Assembly: GCA_900319575.1 (NCBI GenBank)
Contig: ONPA01000192.1
Coordinates: 9,539-73,538, forward strand
Origin: an uncultured Desulfovibrio sp.
Lineage (GTDB): Bacteria; Desulfobacterota; Desulfovibrionia; Desulfovibrionales; Desulfovibrionaceae
Direction: 5' to 3'
Length of the DNA stretch: 64,000 nucleotides
Made by a program: the position numbers and the translations under genes. This document shows positions 11,444 through 20,892 of the stretch, piece after piece. The first letter of the stretch is position 1. Each line of letters starts with the position of its first letter. Below the pieces are notes generated by a model. The model worked only from the letters and a program-made list of their open reading frames with translations. It did no database searches and was not told the origin of the DNA.

Positions 11444-13891
11444 TCATTTCGACACGGACGAAATGAGATCTCTGCCGGGGAAAGGCGCAGGAGCGCTTTC
11501 CTCCCGCTCTGCTCCCGCTGTTTCAGAGCCGGACGCGGGGTTCCTGCGGGGCTGTGGCGGGACGGACGCGGCGAGGGCTTCCTTTTGCGGAATCTGGGCC
11601 AGCCAGGCCAGAGCTTCACGCTTCCTGCCGTCCTTTTCGCAGATTTCAGCTAGGCGGCGGCGGGCGCTCGTGAGCAGGGAGTTGTCGACATGTCCGCTGC
11701 CCTGCCTTGCCGCGGCCTCAAAGAAACTCACCGTGCGGCTGTAAAGCGCGTAGGCATTTTTACTGTCCTTCTTCCTGGACGCGTCGCAGGCCAGATACCA
11801 GGAGGCGTAGGCTCTCTGCCACGCCGCCGCGGTCTCGTCTTCACAGACCGTGCGCCAGACGGACAGGGCGCGCACGCTGTTCCCAAGGGCCTGATAGGCG
11901 ATGGCCGAACTGTAGGCGAGCTGGGAGGAGATGCCTTCCGGCAGAGGCCAGGCGGCCACGCAGTCAGCAATGTGAAGGAGCTTCTTCCAGTCCTTCCCGT
12001 GCAGGGCCTCGTTGTAACAGCAGCTCAGGGCATAGAGCCCGTGCTCACCCATGGCGCGGTTTTCCAGAAGAGGCTCAAGAACAGCCGCTGCCTCAGCGCC
12101 TTTTCCCATGAGCATGAACCCGCGCCCGAGGGCTGCGCGTAAATCGGGATCGGGAGTTCCACAGGCCTCCCTGATTTCCGGCGTATCCTGCCAGGCGCTG
12201 GCGAGACGGATGTAATCACGGGGCAGTTCGATAAACGCCAGTTCCCGCTTCAGATCTCCCCGAAGGCATTCCGCCACCAGACCGGCGCAGTCACTCTTTC
12301 CCGAAGACCTGAGAAAATCGACAGCCCGGATCCTCGACTCATGAACAAAACCCTGCGCGGACAAAAGGCAGATTTCACGCACACGGCAGGCCTCGGCGAG
12401 CGGAGTTCCCGGACAGGAAGCAATGTTCGTCCGGTACAGTTCAAGGAGTTTTTTCTGGGACGGGCCTTCAAAAACAGCCTTCAGCATACCGGCATCGCGC
12501 GGGAGCTCAATGACCCGTCCCTCCACAAGACGCATGCGCGCCGTACCGGCACAGACCCTGCTTCCCTGGCTGACTCTGTGCCACACGGTCTGGGCTTCCC
12601 TGTCCATGCCGGCCTCCGACATGAGATCGCCAAAGCCAAGAAGCACCTCATCCGCCTGCTCTCCCTGCAGCTCGAGAGAGGAAAAGCGGCGGTAAATTTC
12701 AGCGATTTGCCCGGAGGCCCTGACTCCCTCCGCCCTGTAACCGTTTCTGGCCCATTCCAGAAGCACGTCAGGCGCCTTCAGAAAATACTCCTGACTGTCA
12801 GAAAGCCTGGCAAAAGCCTTTCCGGCCTCATCATAGCGGCCCTGGGCTGACCAGGAGCGGGCTGCTCCGGCCCACGCATCGGGCACAAGCGCAGAAAGGG
12901 GATAACGGCGGACCAGTTCAGCAAAGGCCCGCACGGCTTCTTCCTGCTTTCCGGCGGCGGACGCCGCCGTGCCAAGATTCAGGAACGATCTGTCCGTGCC
13001 GCCGAGTCCGGGGAACCGTTCGCAGGCGGCAGCAAGATAATCCAGAGCCCCGGAAAAATCGCCGACAGTCTGGGAAGCCAGACTCAGATTTCTGAGCGCC
13101 TCCGCGGCAGCGGGAGACTGGGGCATCGCGTCAATGACGGCAGAGCAGGCCCGTCTGAGATCCTGAGCGGCTGAGACACCGTCGCTCAGAAGACGCATAC
13201 GGCAGGCATCCATCACGACTACCAGAATGTTCAGCCGCAGATCTGAGGGGAAACCCGGCATATCGGCGTAATGACGCAGGCGGCCGAGATCGCCCAGAGC
13301 GGAATCCACATGCCCGGCCTCCATCTGAAGCTGGGCGAGCCGGATCTCTTCCCGTATATCCTGTTCGCCGGGAGAGCCATCCTCACCAAAACTGAATTTT
13401 TTCCCGGATTCAGCGCCGTATTCCGGCGTCAGAACCGTGGCGGGAGAAACGCCGGTACCGGCCTTCTGCTGAATCTTCGCTCCATCTGCCACCTGGGGCC
13501 AGAGTTCAGGGCCACCCTGATTGCAGAACGCCCGTATCTCACCTGGTTCAAACACCGTATAGTGCGGGTGGAACCCAGCGCTTTTCTCAGGCGGAACACC
13601 TTCCTGGTGGAAGGAACGTTCCGCTTCTCTTCCGGAAGCGTCCTCCACGTGCACTGCGGGGAGAACCTTCACCGAAAAATCATGTTCCGGGCAGAAAGCG
13701 ATAAACGCGAATGCCCCCATGAGGACAAAGGGCAGCCAGAATTCCAGAGCGCCGGCTGTACGGGCCGACGGATCCCGGCGCTTCCATCGGCGCAGCAGGG
13801 AAACCACGCGTTCCCTGAACGCGGGCTCCGGCGCCTTTGCGCTGAGCGTCAGAAATTCCTCCTGGCTGTTTCTGTTTTCTCTTTCCGGCAT
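11444..13891 (-). CDS. Membrane-anchored tetratricopeptide-repeat protein
   Basis: N-terminal TM segment WLPFVLMGAFAFIAF, then repeated Ala-rich helical units (e.g. AVRAFAELVRRYPLS); directly downstream of the sigma54 activator. Confidence 0.65.
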   Translation of the reverse strand: MPERENRNSQEEFLTLSAKAPEPAFRERVVSLLRRWKRRDPSARTAGALEFWLPFVLMGAFAFIAFCPEHDFSVKVLPAVHVEDASGREAERSFHQEGVPPEKSAGFHPHYTVFEPGEIRAFCNQGGPELWPQVADGAKIQQKAGTGVSPATVLTPEYGAESGKKFSFGEDGSPGEQDIREEIRLAQLQMEAGHVDSALGDLGRLRHYADMPGFPSDLRLNILVVVMDACRMRLLSDGVSAAQDLRRACSAVIDAMPQSPAAAEALRNLSLASQTVGDFSGALDYLAAACERFPGLGGTDRSFLNLGTAASAAGKQEEAVRAFAELVRRYPLSALVPDAWAGAARSWSAQGRYDEAGKAFARLSDSQEYFLKAPDVLLEWARNGYRAEGVRASGQIAEIYRRFSSLELQGEQADEVLLGFGDLMSEAGMDREAQTVWHRVSQGSRVCAGTARMRLVEGRVIELPRDAGMLKAVFEGPSQKKLLELYRTNIASCPGTPLAEACRVREICLLSAQGFVHESRIRAVDFLRSSGKSDCAGLVAECLRGDLKRELAFIELPRDYIRLASAWQDTPEIREACGTPDPDLRAALGRGFMLMGKGAEAAAVLEPLLENRAMGEHGLYALSCCYNEALHGKDWKKLLHIADCVAAWPLPEGISSQLAYSSAIAYQALGNSVRALSVWRTVCEDETAAAWQRAYASWYLACDASRKKDSKNAYALYSRTVSFFEAAARQGSGHVDNSLLTSARRRLAEICEKDGRKREALAWLAQIPQKEALAASVPPQPRRNPASGSETAGAEREESAPAPFPGRDLISSVSK

Positions 13892-13936
13892 GGCATGGTT
13901 CTCCAGTATCCCCTATCGGCAATACCGGCAGAATCA

Positions 13937-15001
13937 TTAGCGCGCCGGCTCATCCTTTTCGCCGCGGCGGCGAAGTCTCTCTATGAGCGTGGTGCGCTTG
14001 ATGCCAAGTCTCGACGCGGCCCTGCTCCGCACACCCCCTGATTCGGCGAGAGCCTCGTCGAGAAGCCTGTTCTCACAGGTTTCCACAAAATCCTTCATTC
14101 CGAGGCCGAGGCGGTCGAGATCAGCGAGCGTTGGCCAGATGACCCCGGAGGCACACTCCCCGGAGCGCGGCACGGGAATCTCCTCCGGCTCCCCGGCGCA
14201 CGGCATTTCCGCAGTCAGCTCCTGAACAGCCGGATGCGACAGTATCTTGGCGGACAGATCGTCCGGAACAATGGTGTCCCCGTCTGCGAGGATGCTCAGA
14301 CGCTCCATGAAATTCTCAAGCTCGCGCACGTTGCCTGGCCAGGGATACGCCATAAAGATCCGCCGCACTTCCTCAGAGAGCCGCAGCACAGGACGGCCCC
14401 GTTCCTGGCAGAAACGCTCGAGAAAGGCCTGAGCGAGAAGGAGTACATCACTCCCGCGCTCACGCAGAGGGGGGAGCTGAACCGGAATGACATTGAGGCG
14501 GTAGAAAAGGTCCTCTCGGAAGCGGCCCTCTGCAACTTCCGCTTCGAGGTTGCGGTTGGTGGCCGCCACCACGCGCACGTCCACCTGGCGCGGCCCGGTT
14601 CCGCCTACGGGCTCGATCTCGTGCTCCTGCAGCACGCGCAGGAGTTTAACCTGCAGAAGCGGATCCATTTCGCCCACTTCATCCAAGAAAACAGTACCGC
14701 CACAGGCCATCTCAAAGCGTCCCCTGCGGGAATGCACCGCGCCGGTAAACGCTCCCTTCTCGTAACCAAAAAGCTCGGATTCCAGGAGTTCGTGGGGGAT
14801 GGCGCCGCAGTTGACGACCACGAGCGGCCCGGATGCCCTCCGGCTCTGCTCATGCAGATAGCGCACGGCCAGTTCCTTGCCAGTGCCTGACTCACCGGTT
14901 ACAAGAACAGTGCTGTCTGTCCGGGCCACCCGCTGCAGAATGCGGTATACAGCCCTGAGAGACGTCTCCATGCCAATGATCTCCCGCTTGTGCGTTTCCA
15001 T
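13937..15001 (-). CDS. Sigma-54-dependent transcriptional activator (AAA+ and Fis-type HTH, no sensory domain)
   Basis: [52 protein letters not shown]-terminal HTH; start at ATG 15001 with GGAGG upstream. Confidence 0.9.
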   Translation of the reverse strand: METHKREIIGMETSLRAVYRILQRVARTDSTVLVTGESGTGKELAVRYLHEQSRRASGPLVVVNCGAIPHELLESELFGYEKGAFTGAVHSRRGRFEMACGGTVFLDEVGEMDPLLQVKLLRVLQEHEIEPVGGTGPRQVDVRVVAATNRNLEAEVAEGRFREDLFYRLNVIPVQLPPLRERGSDVLLLAQAFLERFCQERGRPVLRLSEEVRRIFMAYPWPGNVRELENFMERLSILADGDTIVPDDLSAKILSHPAVQELTAEMPCAGEPEEIPVPRSGECASGVIWPTLADLDRLGLGMKDFVETCENRLLDEALAESGGVRSRAASRLGIKRTTLIERLRRRGEKDEPAR

Positions 15002-15072
15002 ACACCCTCCCTTCTCCTGACCCCTGTCAATACACTGACACCCGCCAAAATACCAGATCAACAGGCCTGCCC

Positions 15073-17691
15073 ATGCCCACGCTCCCGCCGCTTCCCATTG
15101 ATCCGTACCGTCCCCGCATCTCAGAACTTCTGCGTAAAAGCCCCGTTTTTCTGCTGGAAGCGCCGCCCGGAACGGGCAAAAGCACGCGTGTGCCCCTCTG
15201 GGCGCTGGACGCTCTGCCGGGACGCGTCCTGCTCCTTGAGCCGCGGCGCGCGGCAGCCCGCATGCTGGCCCGCCATCTTGCAAACCTTACTGGCGGTACG
15301 GTGGGAGGCCTCGTCGGCATCGCCATGCGCCAGGAAACGCGAGTCAGCCGGTCAACCCGACTCCTGGTGGTGACCGAGGGTGTCTTTACCCGCATGATCA
15401 CGGACGAACAGAGCCTTTCCGGCGTGTCCTGCGTCCTTTTTGACGAATTTCACGAGCGCAGCATCGCTTCGGACACGGGACTTGCCCTGGCTCTTGAAAG
15501 CCAGTCCATCCTGCGCCCCGATCTCCATCTGGGCATACTCTCGGCCACACTGGACAGGGAATCCCTGAAAAAAATCCTCCCGGACGCACCGGAAGTGGTT
15601 TCCCCGGCCCCAGGTCACCCGGTCAGGACCGTGTACGCTCCGGACAGGACTCCCGGCCTCTTTTCCCTTACGGACAGGCTCAGACACCTGCCCCTGCACA
15701 TGGCCGGCGTGATTCTGCACTGCCTCAGGGAAACCAGTTCGAGCGTTCTGGCCTTTCTGCCGGGATCCGCGGAAATACGCCGCACAGCGGAAGCCCTTGA
15801 AGGACAGATCCCTGAGGGATGCGCGGTTTTTCCTCTGCTCGGAAATCTCAGCGCCAGGGAACAGGACGCGGCGCTCGCCCCGGCTCCGGAAGGTCAGCGG
15901 AAGATCGTACTGGCCACAGACATTGCCGAAACGTCCCTGACCATACAGGGCGTCAGCACGGTCGTCGACAGCGGGCTGCAGCGACGCCCGCGCTGGGATG
16001 CCGCAAGCGGGCGCACGCGCCTTGTCACCCAGACAATCCCCCTTTCCTCGGCCCGTCAGCGGCAGGGCCGCGCCGGACGTCTCTGTCCGGGGCTCTGCGT
16101 GCGCCTGTGGAGCAGGGAATCTGAAAAGGGCATGGCCCCCTTCGCCAGACCGGAAATTCTCGAGGCTGATCTCACACCCCTGGCCATGGATCTCGCGCTC
16201 TGGGGCGCTGCGCCCGGAGATCTGTCCTTCGTTACGCCTCCGCCCGCCGCTGCGATGGAATCAGCCCGACGGACGCTTTCCGCTCTGGGCATTCTGGACA
16301 GAGAGGGACGTATCACGCCCTTCGGCAGGGACGCCGCGGCCCTTGCCATAGATCCGAGGCCTGCCTGCGCCCTCGCCGCGGCGAAAAACGGCAGCGATGC
16401 GGCCCTTGCCGCTCTGGCCTGCGCCTGTCTCGAAGAAGACGACACCGCAAAGCACACGCAGACCGACATCACGCCGGTTCTTGATGCCGTTTTAGGCAGG
16501 AAAAGACCGGGCGCGGCGAGAATCCTTGACTTTGCACGCGTCCTCCTGAACCGCAGGAAACGCAGTGTCCCCACAAAAAACCGGGAGCAGGAAGCTCCGG
16601 AGAACTGTGCGGCCCGCCTTCTGCGCAGCGCGGGTGCGTGCGGGCGCGTGCTCCTGCCGGGCTTCGCCGACCGCATCGCCATGCGTCAGGACGGATGCGG
16701 CGCAGGCAGTCCTGCCCCCGGCGGCGAACGGCAGTCCGTTTATCTTCTGCGCGGCGGTTCCCGCGTGCTCGTTCCTGCGGCTTCACCGCTTGCCGGCAGC
16801 AAATTCATACTGGCCCTGGACACCCGCGGACAGGCCGGATCCGGCTACCAGATACTCAATCTTGGCGCCGCTCTCGCCGAAAACGATCTCACAGCCTTCG
16901 CGAAGTCTTTTCTGCGCAGGGAAACATCGGTCACCACGGACAGGAATGGAAAGGTCCAGGTGCGGGAGCGTCTTCTCCTGGACAGCATCGTGCTGGAAGA
17001 CCGCATGCAGCCCGATCCGGATCCCGAAGCCATCAGGGCGGCGCTTCTCGCTCTGGTGAAGAAAGAAGGGATCGCACTCCTCTCCCCGGATGACCGCTGC
17101 CGTGAATGGCAGGCCAGGGTTCTGCTTCTCCGGCGTCTGCGCGGGAAGGAGTGGCCCGACCTGAGCGATGAAGGGCTCGCAGCCTGTCTTGACGACTGGC
17201 TGCCTCCTCTCCTCGAGGGAGTCCGCGATCTCAGAAAAATTCCGGCGGGGAGCATACTCAGGGCCTGGCAGGGCCTTCTGCCCTGGAACCTTGCCAAACA
17301 GCTCGAGAGCCTCGCCCCCGTGCTCTGGAAAGCACCTTCAGGCCGCGAGCACCCTATCTCCTACACAGGAGACGGCCCGCGCATCAGCGTGAAGCTCCAG
17401 GAATGCTTCGGCCTGACCGCGTCTCCTGTCCTTCCCTGCGGCGCTCCCGTTACCCTGCTTCTCACATCCCCGTCCGGCGCTCCTCTGGCTGCGACCCGCG
17501 ACCTCTCCTTCTTCTGGAAAGAAGCTTATCCTTCCGTGCGCGCCGAGATGCGGGGGCGCTACCCGAAGCACCCATGGCCAGAAAATCCTCTGGAGGCGCT
17601 GCCCACGGCCTTCACCAACAGAAAGCTGGCAGCCATGGCCGCCGGAAAAACGGCACATGACGTTTCCCCGGCAAAAAAGAAAAAACGATAA
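15073..17691 (+). CDS. hrpB: ATP-dependent RNA helicase HrpB
   Basis: APPGTGKST, DEFHER, SATL, ATDIAETSLTI, QRQGRAGR, C-terminal RGRYPKHPWP. Confidence 0.93.
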   Translation: MPTLPPLPIDPYRPRISELLRKSPVFLLEAPPGTGKSTRVPLWALDALPGRVLLLEPRRAAARMLARHLANLTGGTVGGLVGIAMRQETRVSRSTRLLVVTEGVFTRMITDEQSLSGVSCVLFDEFHERSIASDTGLALALESQSILRPDLHLGILSATLDRESLKKILPDAPEVVSPAPGHPVRTVYAPDRTPGLFSLTDRLRHLPLHMAGVILHCLRETSSSVLAFLPGSAEIRRTAEALEGQIPEGCAVFPLLGNLSAREQDAALAPAPEGQRKIVLATDIAETSLTIQGVSTVVDSGLQRRPRWDAASGRTRLVTQTIPLSSARQRQGRAGRLCPGLCVRLWSRESEKGMAPFARPEILEADLTPLAMDLALWGAAPGDLSFVTPPPAAAMESARRTLSALGILDREGRITPFGRDAAALAIDPRPACALAAAKNGSDAALAALACACLEEDDTAKHTQTDITPVLDAVLGRKRPGAARILDFARVLLNRRKRSVPTKNREQEAPENCAARLLRSAGACGRVLLPGFADRIAMRQDGCGAGSPAPGGERQSVYLLRGGSRVLVPAASPLAGSKFILALDTRGQAGSGYQILNLGAALAENDLTAFAKSFLRRETSVTTDRNGKVQVRERLLLDSIVLEDRMQPDPDPEAIRAALLALVKKEGIALLSPDDRCREWQARVLLLRRLRGKEWPDLSDEGLAACLDDWLPPLLEGVRDLRKIPAGSILRAWQGLLPWNLAKQLESLAPVLWKAPSGREHPISYTGDGPRISVKLQECFGLTASPVLPCGAPVTLLLTSPSGAPLAATRDLSFFWKEAYPSVRAEMRGRYPKHPWPENPLEALPTAFTNRKLAAMAAGKTAHDVSPAKKKKR

Positions 17692-17792
17692 GGAAAGTCA
17701 GACTTTCTGTCCGGCCTGCTTTGTGCTACCCAGAGAAGAACATTACGGGTCCGTAACCGGACTGTCACAGAACACCCAAAAGAGGGAACGTT

Positions 17793-18419
17793 ATGCCACT
17801 TCACGTCATTGACCATCCGCTCATCCGCCATAAGCTCAGCATCCTCAGAGAGAACGACACGCCCTGCAGCACCTTCAGGACCATCTCCAACGAAATCGGC
17901 GCTCTCCTGGTTTACGAAGCCTGCCGGGACCTCCCCACTGAAAAATACGAGGCCCAGGGCTGGGCCGGTCCCGTGACGCTTGAACGCGTTGCCGGCAAAA
18001 TGCTCACCATCGTCCCCATCCTGCGCGCAGGGCTCGGCCTCATGGACGGCGTCGTCAGCATGATCCCCGGAGCCAAGGTTTCCGTTGTGGGCCTCTTCCG
18101 CGACGAAAAAACGCTGAAGCCCGTAGAATACTATGTCAAGCTGGCAAAAGACATCGCCCACCGCAGGGCCGTCATCCTCGACCCTATGCTGGCCACGGGC
18201 GGATCGCTCTGCGCCTGCATCGAACTGCTCAAAAGGAGCGGCTGCACGTCTATCTGCAGCCTCCACCTCGTCTGCGCCCCCGTCGGCATAGAACGCGTTC
18301 TGAAGGAACATCCCGACGTAGACATCTATACCGCGGCCGTCGATGAAAAGCTCAATGACAAGGGGTATATCCTGCCCGGCCTTGGGGATGCCGGAGATCG
18401 TATTTTCGGTACGCGCTAG
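17793..18419 (+). CDS. upp: Uracil phosphoribosyltransferase
   Basis: HPLIRHKL, VPILRAG, LDPMLATGGS, GYILPGLGDAGDRIFGT. Confidence 0.97.
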   Translation: MPLHVIDHPLIRHKLSILRENDTPCSTFRTISNEIGALLVYEACRDLPTEKYEAQGWAGPVTLERVAGKMLTIVPILRAGLGLMDGVVSMIPGAKVSVVGLFRDEKTLKPVEYYVKLAKDIAHRRAVILDPMLATGGSLCACIELLKRSGCTSICSLHLVCAPVGIERVLKEHPDVDIYTAAVDEKLNDKGYILPGLGDAGDRIFGTR

Positions 18420-18439
18420 AGAAATTCCCTCAAAAAAGA

Positions 18440-18480
18440 AAAACCGGGACACTCCGTTTTTCGGAATGCCCCGGTTTTTT
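18440..18480. terminator. Bidirectional intrinsic terminator between upp and the DUF362 gene
   Basis: AAAACCGGG...CCCGGTTTTTT hairpin flanked by A and T tracts. Confidence 0.75.
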
Positions 18481-18483
18481 TAT

Positions 18484-18528
18484 CATCCCGCCCAGAAGAC
18501 TCCCGCCTCTCTAGGCGGGGCAATTGAC
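18484..18528. mobile_element. Miniature palindromic element, copy 1 (IS200/IS605-end-like)
   Basis: CATCCCGCCCAGAAGACTCCCGCCTCTCTAGGCGGGGCAATTGAC, preceded by TTTAT; near-identical copy at 34402-34447. Confidence 0.6.
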
Positions 18529-18564
18529 AGGTTCAGAGGGAAGCGGACGGACAGCCGTCCCGCT

Positions 18565-19656
18565 TTAGAGTTTCTTGAGGTCGTACTCGCGGGTACCGAG
18601 GCCGATCTTTTCCCCGTATTCCAGCTGGATGGGGCCATGCGTGTAGGGCCAGCGGGCGGTAAAGATGTCCTTGCCGTCACGCTTCAGATCAGTGAGCTGG
18701 GGAGCCTGATTCACGAGGTCGAAGCAGGCCTGATCGAGCGCCACAGGATCGAGAGAGGCCAGAATTCCGAGATCAGGAACGAGAGGCATGTCGGACCAGG
18801 CGACGCAGTCGCAGTCAGGCGTCACGTTCATGACAAAGTTGATGTACATGACATGCCCCTGGAGGCCTTTGACGGCGCCATAGGCGTATTCGGTGAGACG
18901 CTCGGTGAAGGCCGGCAGATCCGTGGCCCAGTCAACCTCACAGGCTTCCTGGGGACAGACGGTCATGCATTCGAAGCAGCCCACGCATTTCGTGGGATCG
19001 CAGTGGCACTTCTTGTCTGTGATGGACATGGCCTGTCTCGGGCAGATCTTAACGCAGGTGCCGCAGCCGACGCACTTCTCCTGGTTGACGTTCACATGGC
19101 AGCCGTGCTGGTCTTCCTTGCCGCGCTGGGAAGCGCAGCCCATGGCCAGATTCTTGATGGCACCGCCGAAACCGGCGGCCTCATGGCCCTTGAAATGCGA
19201 AAGCACGACCATGGCCGGGGTATGGACGATTTCGGTGGCGATGTGCACAGTCTTGAAATGCTTGCAGTTGATTTCCACGGGAAGATCGTTCTGTCCGAAA
19301 AGGCCGTCGGCGATAATCACGGGAGCGTCCACCACACCGGGGGCGAAGCCGTGACGGATGGCCGTATTGATATGATCCACGGCGTTGTGGCGCGTTCCGG
19401 AATAAAGCGTCGTTGTGTCGGTCAGAAACGGCAGGGCGCCGGCCTCACGCACCTTCTGCACAGCGGCCTGAACAAGCTGCGGGTTGAGGTGCCCGTCGCA
19501 TCCGGTCTCACCAAAGTGCAGTTTGATGGCACAGGGGCGGCCGGGGACCACGATATCCTTGAGCTTCAGAAGATTGCAGAGGCGGGCAACCTTGGATTCC
19601 TTGTTCTGGTGCTCCGTACGGCAATCCATAGTGTAATAGTAAACCGTTGATGCCAT
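18565..19656 (-). CDS. DUF362 family Fe-S protein with 2x[4Fe-4S] ferredoxin insert
   Basis: AIKLHFGE, SHFKGH, FGGAIKNLAMGC, CVGCGTCVKIC, CVGCFECMTVC, PDCDC, DPVALDQA; start ATG 19656. Confidence 0.88.
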   Translation of the reverse strand: MASTVYYYTMDCRTEHQNKESKVARLCNLLKLKDIVVPGRPCAIKLHFGETGCDGHLNPQLVQAAVQKVREAGALPFLTDTTTLYSGTRHNAVDHINTAIRHGFAPGVVDAPVIIADGLFGQNDLPVEINCKHFKTVHIATEIVHTPAMVVLSHFKGHEAAGFGGAIKNLAMGCASQRGKEDQHGCHVNVNQEKCVGCGTCVKICPRQAMSITDKKCHCDPTKCVGCFECMTVCPQEACEVDWATDLPAFTERLTEYAYGAVKGLQGHVMYINFVMNVTPDCDCVAWSDMPLVPDLGILASLDPVALDQACFDLVNQAPQLTDLKRDGKDIFTARWPYTHGPIQLEYGEKIGLGTREYDLKKL

Positions 19657-19772
19657 CAGTATCCCTCCTGATATGCATAAAAAATAAGAAGTCTGTCCGT
19701 TCCCGCAGGCAGACAGCCTCCATACCAAAGGATTTCCTTTGATGCAAAAACAGGAGAATCGGGCAACCCGCG

Positions 19773-20243
19773 CTACATTTTGTTCAAAAGCCCAATATCG
19801 CGCAGACGCGCAAGACCGGGGAAATTCTCTTCCGTAAAAATGGTGAATCCCCTGCTCCGGAGAAGGGCCGCGAAGACGCCATCCCCGTCACGCAGCGTGT
19901 GCGTGAAGCTTCCATCATAAACGCGGCCGGCGCCGCAGGAAGGCGAACGGGCCTTGAGCACGGCAATGTGGCAGCCTTCCCTCTCGGCGGCTTCCAGGGA
20001 AAGCCTGGCACCGAGTTCATATTCACGGGTGCAGTCGCGCCCCTCACTGGATATAACAGCGTTCCCCCGGATCTCACAGGGGCAGCGGGGGATGGGGAGT
20101 CCTCCCATAACCTCAGGACAGACGAAGACACAGCGGGATTCCCGGGCAAGCTGCACAATGGGCTCCCGGGCTTTGGAGAGACCGTCGTAACGGCAGGGCT
20201 TCCCTACGAGGCAGGCGCTCACGACAAAAAGGGCGCGACTCAT
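19773..20243 (-). CDS. DUF523 / 2-thiouracil desulfidase (TudS) family protein
   Basis: VSACLVGKPCRYDG, CPEVMGGLPIPR, LKARSPSCG, GDGVFAALL. Confidence 0.88.
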   Translation of the reverse strand: MSRALFVVSACLVGKPCRYDGLSKAREPIVQLARESRCVFVCPEVMGGLPIPRCPCEIRGNAVISSEGRDCTREYELGARLSLEAAEREGCHIAVLKARSPSCGAGRVYDGSFTHTLRDGDGVFAALLRSRGFTIFTEENFPGLARLRDIGLLNKM

Positions 20244-20533
20244 TTTTCAGTCTGCTCTTTTCCGTCCTTCCCGGCTTCTCCCTGCTTCCAGGCGCCGATA
20301 AGAGGCAGATGCTGATCCTCTGTCAGGAGGGCGGCTTCCCACATTTCCTGATAATACATGCTGGTACCGGGATTCCAGGCCGTGGCCGCGAGATGATCCC
20401 AGGAGATCTGGATGGGCCACGTCGTGTGCCTGCGCAGCACCTGCTCGAAGGATTCGGCTGTTTCGATGCTGTCGTGGTACAGACGCAGCGTCATATTGGG
20501 ACCCTTCAGAAAACGTACATGATAATGGGGCAT
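20240..20533 (-). CDS. Hypothetical protein, translationally coupled to the DUF523 gene
   Basis: 97-aa ORF with a 4-nt stop/start overlap with the DUF523 gene. Confidence 0.65.
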   Translation of the reverse strand: MPHYHVRFLKGPNMTLRLYHDSIETAESFEQVLRRHTTWPIQISWDHLAATAWNPGTSMYYQEMWEAALLTEDQHLPLIGAWKQGEAGKDGKEQTEK

Positions 20534-20578
20534 GAAAAAAACCTCTGAATAGTAGTTTATGCCGCGGGTGAGACAGTG

Positions 20579-20650
20579 GCCTTTGCGGGGAAAGGGAACT
20601 ACGGGCTCCCTTTTCCCGCAAAGGCCCTCCGCGCGCCGCGCGGAGGGCCT
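20579..20650 (-). terminator. Tandem GC-rich hairpins downstream of the YeiH operon
   Basis: CCTTTGCGGG...CCCGCAAAGG followed by GGCCCTCCGCGC/GCGCGGAGGGCC inverted repeats. Confidence 0.55.
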
Positions 20651-20703
20651 CAGATGTTTATCCGTCAGACGGGGGAACGATTTTGCCCCGCCCGGAAGTG
20701 CCG

Positions 20704-20865
20704 TTAACCTTCAATGGCGCGGCTGATGAAGTAAAGAATCACGAGGAGGGCAACGCCGAGGCCCCAGCTCCAGTGAATCATCTTCATTTCAGCAGGCTCA
20801 AGAGGCTCATACTGCATATTCTGGATTTCTTCATGGAATTTGGCTTCCTGTTTTTCTTCAGCCAT
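20704..20865 (-). CDS. Small single-pass membrane protein (53 aa) downstream of the YeiH-family transporter; absent from the ORF track
   Basis: Manual translation MAEEKQEAKFHEEIQNMQYEPLEPAEMKMIHWSWGLGVALLVILYFISRAIEG*; GGAGG 8 nt upstream of the ATG; C-terminal TM helix. Confidence 0.8.
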   Translation of the reverse strand: MAEEKQEAKFHEEIQNMQYEPLEPAEMKMIHWSWGLGVALLVILYFISRAIEG

Positions 20866-20892
20866 ATTCATATCCTCCAAAGATCTGTCAGA

